Source of the DNA: an uncultured Holophagae bacterium | GTDB lineage: Bacteria > Acidobacteriota > Thermoanaerobaculia > Thermoanaerobaculales > Sulfomarinibacteraceae | Assembly: GCA_963754985.1 (NCBI GenBank) | Contig: CAVWIJ010000001.1 | Span: 97,035 to 161,034, forward strand | Reading direction: 5' to 3' | Length of the DNA: 64,000 bases | Shown here: piece by piece, positions 58,684 to 64,000 of the stretch | Layout of the letters: each line of letters begins with the position of its first letter | Position numbering within the stretch: position 1 is the stretch's first letter | Made by a program: the position numbers and the translations under genes | The notes under the pieces: model-generated | What the model was told of the DNA's origin: nothing | What the model saw: the letters and a program-made list of their open reading frames with translations, nothing else | Databases searched by the model: none

Positions 58684-60051
58684 TCAGTTTCCAGCCCTGC
58701 CGCCGGGTCGCGGGCCAAACGATCGTCCACTCGCTGTGGAGCGGCCGGTGCGGCGGCGACGCGCTCCGGCGTCGTCGTCTCGCCGCGGCGCGGCATTCGG
58801 CGCGGCGACGTGCGACGCCCGGCGGGCGGCGTTGTCGCGAGCCCGGGCGCGCTCCTCGGCGCGCTGGGATCGGATCGTGGCGATCCGCTCGGCGACCGGA
58901 ATCTCGAGCTGACCGGCCGGCTTCGCGTCGTAGTCGAAGCCGTCGAGCCGGCGGCGGTTGAGACGGTGCCCGAGGGCACGCTCGATGGCGGCGAGCTGAG
59001 GGCCCTCGGCCGGCGAGACGAAGGTGAGGGCGTCGCCGGCGGCGCCAGAGCGCGCGGTCCGGCCGACCCGGTGGATGTAGTCATCGGGCTGCACCGGCAC
59101 ATCGAAGTTGACAACGTGCGGCAGCTCGTGAACATCGATGCCTCGGGCCGCGATGTCGGTCGCGACCAGCACCTGAAGGCGGCCGTTCTTGAAGTCGGCG
59201 AGCGCCGCCTCCCGCTGTCGCTGGCTGCGGTTGCCATGGATGCGGTCGCAGGCGATGCCGGCCCGGGCCAGCTTGTCGGCGAGTCGGTTCGCGCGGTGCT
59301 TGGTGCGGGTGAACACCAGCGCGGTGCGGATGTCGCCCCGGCGCAGGAGCTCGACCAGAAGCAGCGGTTTGAGCTGCTCGGCCACCGGCAGCACCGACTG
59401 CGTGATCAGAGTCGGCGGCGCGGAGGGCCGCTCGACGTCGATGCGCACCGGGTCCTGCAGGAGTTTGCGGCTGAGCTCGGCGATCGGCGCCGGAATGGTG
59501 GCCGAGAAGAGCAGGCTCTGGCGCTTTTTCGGCAGGGCGGCGAGGATCCGCTTGATGTCGGGCAGGAATCCCATGTCGAGCATGCGATCGGCCTCGTCGA
59601 GAACGAGCACCTCGAGCTGGTCGAAGCGCAGCCACGACTGCTGCATGTGGTCGAGGAGCCGCCCCGGGGTTGCGACCACGACCTCCACGCCGGCGCGCAG
59701 CGCGCGCTCCTGGGGGCCGGCGGCGACGCCGCCGAACACGGCGACGGAGCGGATCCGGGTGTGGCGCCCGAGGGCCTCGAGGTGCTCGTGCACCTGGGCG
59801 GCGAGCTCCCGGGTCGGGGTCACCACCAGGGCGCGGGGGCCGCGTCCCGGGCGGGCGATGAGGCGCTGCAGGATGGGCAGGACGAAGGCGGCGGTCTTGC
59901 CGCTGCCGGTCATGGCGCAGGCCAGCACGTCGCGGCCGGCAAGCCCCGGGGGCAGCGCCGCGATCTGAATGGGTGTGGGCGTCGTGAAGCCCAGGTCGGC
60001 GATCCCGCGCTGGAGAACGGGATCGAGGTGGAACTCGGAGAATGAACTCAA
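58684..60051 (-). CDS. rhlE: DEAD-box ATP-dependent RNA helicase (RhlE-like) with basic C-terminal tail
   Basis: Q-motif GFTTPTPIQ, AMTGSGKT, PTRELA, VLDEADRMLDMGF, SAT, ARGID and HRVGRTAR are all present and in order. Confidence 0.95.
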   Translation of the reverse strand: MSSFSEFHLDPVLQRGIADLGFTTPTPIQIAALPPGLAGRDVLACAMTGSGKTAAFVLPILQRLIARPGRGPRALVVTPTRELAAQVHEHLEALGRHTRIRSVAVFGGVAAGPQERALRAGVEVVVATPGRLLDHMQQSWLRFDQLEVLVLDEADRMLDMGFLPDIKRILAALPKKRQSLLFSATIPAPIAELSRKLLQDPVRIDVERPSAPPTLITQSVLPVAEQLKPLLLVELLRRGDIRTALVFTRTKHRANRLADKLARAGIACDRIHGNRSQRQREAALADFKNGRLQVLVATDIAARGIDVHELPHVVNFDVPVQPDDYIHRVGRTARSGAAGDALTFVSPAEGPQLAAIERALGHRLNRRRLDGFDYDAKPAGQLEIPVAERIATIRSQRAEERARARDNAARRASHVAAPNAAPRRDDDAGARRRRTGRSTASGRSFGPRPGGRAGN

Positions 60052-60300
60052 AACAGTACTTCCTTCTGCGGCTGCACGATCAGCGTCAGCGTGGTGCGCC
60101 GCGAGATTCCGGCTATTTTTCGGTGGGAACGGGAGACTTGCCGGCGAGGCTGCCGTCCGGGCCCTGGCGGGCCCTCAAGATTGTCGGTGTCGCCTCGGCC
60201 GCACCGCGCGAGCGGCGCCGCATCGCGGCGACGGAGATATCGTCTCACATTTTCGGCGCGTGTCAACCCCAGGCCAACATCGCGGCGGCCGGCCGACCGG

Positions 60301-60329
60301 TTGAGCCGACCGCCGGGTAGCTTCACAAT
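60301..60329 (+). promoter_or_regulatory. sigma70-like promoter candidate for 60369..60725
   Basis: TTGAGC-N17-CACAAT (4/6 and 4/6 matches to consensus, 17-nt spacer) lies ~40 nt upstream of ATG 60369, which has RBS GGAGGGAG. By-eye match only. Confidence 0.3.
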
Positions 60330-60368
60330 GGGCTCGGAGCGGCGCGCGGCCGGGCTGGCGGAGGGAGC

Positions 60369-60725
60369 ATGGAAGCGACGTCCAGAGGGAGCTACCTGGG
60401 GACCGAGATCGCGGGAAGTTGGTGGCGGCGGTACCGCGCTCGCGGCTTCTTCGGTCGCGGCAACGGTGAGCTCTGGCTCGACGACGAGGGCCTCCACTTC
60501 CGGCGCCTGCTCACCCGCTCGCCGCTCGACATCGCCTGGCGCGAGATGACCCGAGTCCGCCTGGGCCGCTGGCACGCCGGTCGATGGGCGGCAGGCAGGC
60601 CGGTGCTCAAGGTCGACTTCGAACGCGACGGCCGGCAGTTGAGCGCCGGCTTCGTGCTGCCCGGCGACCGGCAGCGAATGGAGGAGCTCACAGACGAGCT
60701 CCGGGGCCGCATCGCACCCGCGTGA
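60369..60725 (+). CDS. 118-aa protein of unknown function
   Basis: ORF with a strong RBS (GGAGGGAG). The sequence NGELWLDDEGLHFRRLLTRSPLDIAWREMTRVRLGRW...PVLKVDFERDGRQLSAGF has protein-like composition (possibly a bacterial PH-like fold, a guess). Confidence 0.6.
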   Translation: MEATSRGSYLGTEIAGSWWRRYRARGFFGRGNGELWLDDEGLHFRRLLTRSPLDIAWREMTRVRLGRWHAGRWAAGRPVLKVDFERDGRQLSAGFVLPGDRQRMEELTDELRGRIAPA

Positions 60726-60774
60726 GCTAGGCCTCAGCGCAGCGGCTCCAGTCGCGCGGACGCCGGCCGCGCCG

Positions 60775-61635
60775 TCAGTCCGGGCAGTCGAGCTCGTCGG
60801 TCGGCGCGGCGTAGATGAACTCGCCGTCACCGGTGCCGTCGGGGTTGCCGTCGACCTTGGACACGTAGCTGACGAACATGTTGGGGAAGTCCGCGTTGCA
60901 CGGGTCGGGAGTCTGGCTTGCTGGATCGAGCCAGAGCTCGACGGTCAGCGGACCGTCGACCCTGCCGACCCCGAGCTGAGCGAACGACCACTGACGGACG
61001 CTGGCCGTGGGGACCGGCTTGATGCCCTCGACGAGAGTCGCGCCGTCTGCTGCCAGGATGCGGTAGTGCACCTGGATCTCCTCGGAGAGCGACAGGTTCA
61101 CGATCCCCAAGTTGGAGCGGAAGCGCACGTCGTTGCGCGCGCCGGTCGCGATCGAGGGCCACCACGCGGCGTTGTAGGTGAAGTCGAGCGCCGGCACCGT
61201 CTGGCCGAAGGTCCCCAGGGGGCTGCCAACGTTGTAGGTGCGGGTCACCGCCGCATAGTCGTCGTCCTCCGGATTCGCCGGGATCAGGTCATGGTCGCTC
61301 GAGGTGAGCAGCGCCCCCTTGACGTCGGTGGCATAGCCGAACAGGCCGTGCAGCACATCCTCGAGGATCACCGTCTCACGGGCGTCGAGCATGACGCGCA
61401 TCGGGAAGAGGGGGTTGAACACGTTGGCCTGGTCGGCTGGAAAGAACTGCAGACCGACGGTCAACGCGTAGTCATGGGGGTTGTACATCGTCAGATCGCT
61501 CACCCATTGGGTCCCGCCCACGCCCGCGGTGCGGGCCACGATCGGGAAGAACTGGAAATCCGACACCTGTTGGCCGGCGACAGGCAGTGCCGCGCTGAGA
61601 ACGGCCAATCCCAGCAGCTGCGAACGCCACGACAT
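60775..61635 (-). CDS. secreted single-domain member of the recurrent ~220-aa domain family
   Basis: The signal peptide MSWRSQLLGLAVLSAALPVAGQQ is followed by FFPIVARTAGVGGTQWVSDLTMYNP...VTRTYNVGSPLGTFGQTVP...VRFRSNLGIVN...FVSYVSKVDGNPDGTGDGEFIYA. This aligns with 3001-3702, 53283-53964 and 54698-55382. Confidence 0.8.
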   Translation of the reverse strand: MSWRSQLLGLAVLSAALPVAGQQVSDFQFFPIVARTAGVGGTQWVSDLTMYNPHDYALTVGLQFFPADQANVFNPLFPMRVMLDARETVILEDVLHGLFGYATDVKGALLTSSDHDLIPANPEDDDYAAVTRTYNVGSPLGTFGQTVPALDFTYNAAWWPSIATGARNDVRFRSNLGIVNLSLSEEIQVHYRILAADGATLVEGIKPVPTASVRQWSFAQLGVGRVDGPLTVELWLDPASQTPDPCNADFPNMFVSYVSKVDGNPDGTGDGEFIYAAPTDELDCPD

Positions 61636-62032
61636 GTCCTCCTCCTTTCGATCCGGGCGACGCCGTGTGCGCCACCCACTGTTATCCGATAGCCCTCAAT
61701 ATGGTCCTCGCCTGCCGGCTCGGCAAGCTCCAAGGCCACCACCCCCGCAGTCGGCGATCGGCCCCCGTACACCGGCCGGGGCTTGACACAAACGAGAAAC
61801 GGTCTCACATTCAGTCCGAAGCCGTTCGACAAACCGGCGCGGGGTGGATCGCGCTCTTCGCCGGATTGCCGTGGAGGTGCAGCGGGCTGTCCGCTGTCTC
61901 ATGCGTGCCGTGAGCACACGCACACGGCCTGCCAGCCGGTCGCGGCCGGAGGACCGACGGAGGGGCACGATCGGTCCAACGTACGCGGCGTCGTATCTCG
62001 AGAACCCTGCCCACCCAAAGGAGGAATGCACC

Positions 62033-62512
62033 GTGAAAAGCAAGCTCGAGGTGATCATCGTCGGATCAGTGCTGTGCCTGGCCGTGCTCGTCGCGTCGCC
62101 GGTGGCCGCCGCTGACTGGTCGGCCGCACAACAGGACGTGTGGAAGAACGTGGAGGCCTACTGGGCCTCCTGGTCGAAGGGCGACATCAACGGCTTCCAG
62201 GGCTATGTCCACGAGGACTACAGCGGCTGGAGCGTCGACTCACCGCTGCCGGCAGGAAAGTCCTCGTCTGGGAAGTGGATGGGATTCTGGGCCGCCAACA
62301 ACACGGTATTGGTGTACGAGGTCACGCCGGTCTCGATCATGGTGCGTGGAGACGTCGCCGTGGTCCACTACTACTACTCGCAGGTCTCGAAGGGCTCCGA
62401 CGGCAAGATGAAGAGCGCCAAGGGCCGGTGGACCGACATCCTCGCCAAGCAGGGCGACCGCTGGGTGCTGATCGCCGACCACGGCGGGGACACCGACAAC
62501 GGCGACGACTGA
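62033..62512 (+). CDS. secreted SnoaL/DUF4440 (NTF2-like) protein
   Basis: GTG 62033 has RBS AAGGAGG. The signal peptide is MKSKLEVIIVGSVLCLAVLVASPVAAA. VWKNVEAYWASWSKGDINGFQGYVHEDY...RWTDILAKQGDRWVLIADH fits the DUF4440 layout. Confidence 0.75.
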   Translation: MKSKLEVIIVGSVLCLAVLVASPVAAADWSAAQQDVWKNVEAYWASWSKGDINGFQGYVHEDYSGWSVDSPLPAGKSSSGKWMGFWAANNTVLVYEVTPVSIMVRGDVAVVHYYYSQVSKGSDGKMKSAKGRWTDILAKQGDRWVLIADHGGDTDNGDD

Positions 62513-62639
62513 CGAGCCGGAGCCCACCCCCGGCCAGGTGCGGGCGGCGGCTAACGACTCGTTCGATCCCGGCACCTGCCGCGGGGGAGGTGCCGGTGTT
62601 GTTTTTCGTCCCGACGGGGGCGAGCCGGTTGCGCCGGGA

Positions 62640-63236
62640 TCAGTCGGTGGCGCCGGCGAGCATGTACTCGATCGCCTCGTAGCCGACCGCGCCGGTCATC
62701 TCCTCCACGCTCTCGGTGAGCTCGGCCTTGTGGCTGATCAGGCCGTCGCGAACCATGAACACCCGGTAGTCGAGGCGGTCCGCGTCGAAGTAGGTGGCCA
62801 GCACGCAACCGACCGCGGAGAGGCCGGTCAGGAACACGGTGTCGGCGCCCTGCTCGCGCAGGATCCGGTCGAGCTCGGTCTGGTTGAAGGCGCTGGGGTG
62901 CGTCTTGACCACCATCGGGTCGGAGTCCTGGATCCGGATTGTCGCCGGAAACTCAAACGGCTCGGTCCCGGGCTGCGGGCCGTACGCAGGGTCGGTGTGA
63001 TAGACCCTGATCACCGGCAGACCGTGCTTGCGAAAGAGCTCGATGGTGGCGTTGATCATCGGCATCGCGCCCTCGGTCTCCTCGCCGTCCATGTACGGCA
63101 TGAAGGCGTTCTGGATGTCCATCACGATCAGTGCGGGCTTGCCCTTGGCCGCGGCCACCGGCGGCGCGTCGGCAGCCAGCACGATCGGAGCGAGGAACGC
63201 GAACGCCATCACGTTGATCAACAGCGACCTTCTCAC
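62640..63236 (-). CDS. isochorismatase-family cysteine hydrolase with signal peptide
   Basis: ALIVMDIQNAF (catalytic Asp region), KTHPSAF (Lys) and FLTGLSAVGCVLAT (nucleophile Cys), in order. Confidence 0.85.
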   Translation of the reverse strand: MRRSLLINVMAFAFLAPIVLAADAPPVAAAKGKPALIVMDIQNAFMPYMDGEETEGAMPMINATIELFRKHGLPVIRVYHTDPAYGPQPGTEPFEFPATIRIQDSDPMVVKTHPSAFNQTELDRILREQGADTVFLTGLSAVGCVLATYFDADRLDYRVFMVRDGLISHKAELTESVEEMTGAVGYEAIEYMLAGATD

Positions 63237-63396
63237 GTGACCTCCCTTGCCAGCGCGTGCGCTGGGACGCGGCGGGAGCCGGCTGCCTCGCGCTCGTGCA
63301 GCGGCGCCGACACCTGCGTCGCGTTCGCTGGAGGTACGCGCCGCCGCCCGGCCGGTTGCGCCGGTGCGAGAGCGACAACCGGGAACGCAGCCAGCG

Positions 63397-64000
63397 TTAC
63401 TGCCCGCCGTCGACCCGGGCCAGGATGTCGGCGGCGTCGCTCTTGTGGACGGTGAAGGTCAGCATCTTCAGCCGCACGTAATCGTCGCGGTAGAAGTAGT
63501 AGCCCTCGAACTTCCCGTGCCGCGATGAGCGGTTGGAGTCCTTGATGAGGAACCAGTCGTGGTTGTCGAGGCGCATGTGTCCGACCACGTGGATCCCGTG
63601 ATCGTCGCCGGTGGAGCCATTGTCGAAGCGAAACTCGCGCGCGCTCTGGTCGATGTACTCGCCCGGGATGTCGAAGGTCGGCACCACCGCCACGTCCTCG
63701 AAGCCGTTCATGCCCGGCTCCGAGACGTCGCCACCGAGCACCGCGCCGTGTCCCGCCGTGACCGCCCGGACCAGGGTGCCGAACCAGACGTCGAGCGGCA
63801 GGTTGATGTAGCTCGCATCGTGCCACCAGTTGTCGGGAACCCGGTACTCGCCGCGGGTCCAGAACGGCGCCTGGAGCGTCGACATCAGGGTCACGTAGTC
63901 GTCGGGATCGATCCTGCAGATCTCGGAGAGGAAGGCCTGCGGCGTCATGCTGACGCCATTCCAATCCACGACCTCCGGCGGCCGCCCCATGGTCGCGTCG
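63397..64000 (-). CDS. papain-fold (C1-like) peptidase, C-terminal part (probably continues beyond the right edge)
   Basis: GDDHGIHVVGHMRLDNHDWFLIKDSNRSSRHGKFEGYYFYRDDYVRLKMLTF is the His/Asn-Trp region of C1 aminopeptidase-like enzymes. The frame stays open to position 64000, so the ATG at 63990 may not be the true start. Confidence 0.7.
   Translation of the reverse strand, partial: DATMGRPPEVVDWNGVSMTPQAFLSEICRIDPDDYVTLMSTLQAPFWTRGEYRVPDNWWHDASYINLPLDVWFGTLVRAVTAGHGAVLGGDVSEPGMNGFEDVAVVPTFDIPGEYIDQSAREFRFDNGSTGDDHGIHVVGHMRLDNHDWFLIKDSNRSSRHGKFEGYYFYRDDYVRLKMLTFTVHKSDAADILARVDGGQ

Overview
High-GC (roughly 70% by eye) bacterial chromosomal segment. Kinase-TolB-propeller fusions, Pro/Thr linkers and carboxypeptidase-regulatory-like repeats are common in Acidobacteriota, Gemmatimonadota and Myxococcota, but I cannot assign taxonomy from the sequence alone. 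I support about 50 protein-coding genes. I recognised no rRNA, tRNA, CRISPR array, transposase or integrase. Most long six-frame ORFs antisense to recognisable genes are GC artefacts. Left to right: a patatin fragment and a frame-disrupted desaturase; an M14 carboxypeptidase; a minus-strand oxidoreductase operon (GMC oxidoreductase, aldehyde dehydrogenase, IorA/IorB-like molybdoenzyme) divergent from glpD; an MBL-TPR hydrolase, an APC permease and an OYE flavoenzyme; a 1279-aa unknown protein translationally coupled to a 240-aa unknown protein; an OmpA-discoidin protein; a Crp-DUF1858-DUF6448-hemerythrin operon; LpoB and a partner lipoprotein; a patch of three gene fragments; a Ser/Thr kinase + 72-aa protein + radical SAM/SPASM module, followed about 3 kb later by a second, heavily frame-disrupted copy; paired zinc-ribbon membrane proteins; two tandem tetraheme c-type cytochromes with Pro/Thr linkers and a shared C-terminal tail; a roughly 1100-aa mosaic secreted protein; and an RNA-metabolism cluster (DEAD-box helicase, RRM protein). 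Signals most worth follow-up: (1) the duplicated kinase/small-protein/rSAM-SPASM module; (2) the tandem linker-tethered tetraheme cytochromes; (3) an unnamed ~220-aa domain present four times in secreted proteins; (4) the 1279-aa + 240-aa coupled pair; (5) a 3-copy intergenic repeat family; (6) many single-base frame disruptions, mostly +1, clustered in particular genes. These may be real decay or assembly insertions, and I cannot tell which without reads. All homology statements are by-eye motif recognition; no searches were run.
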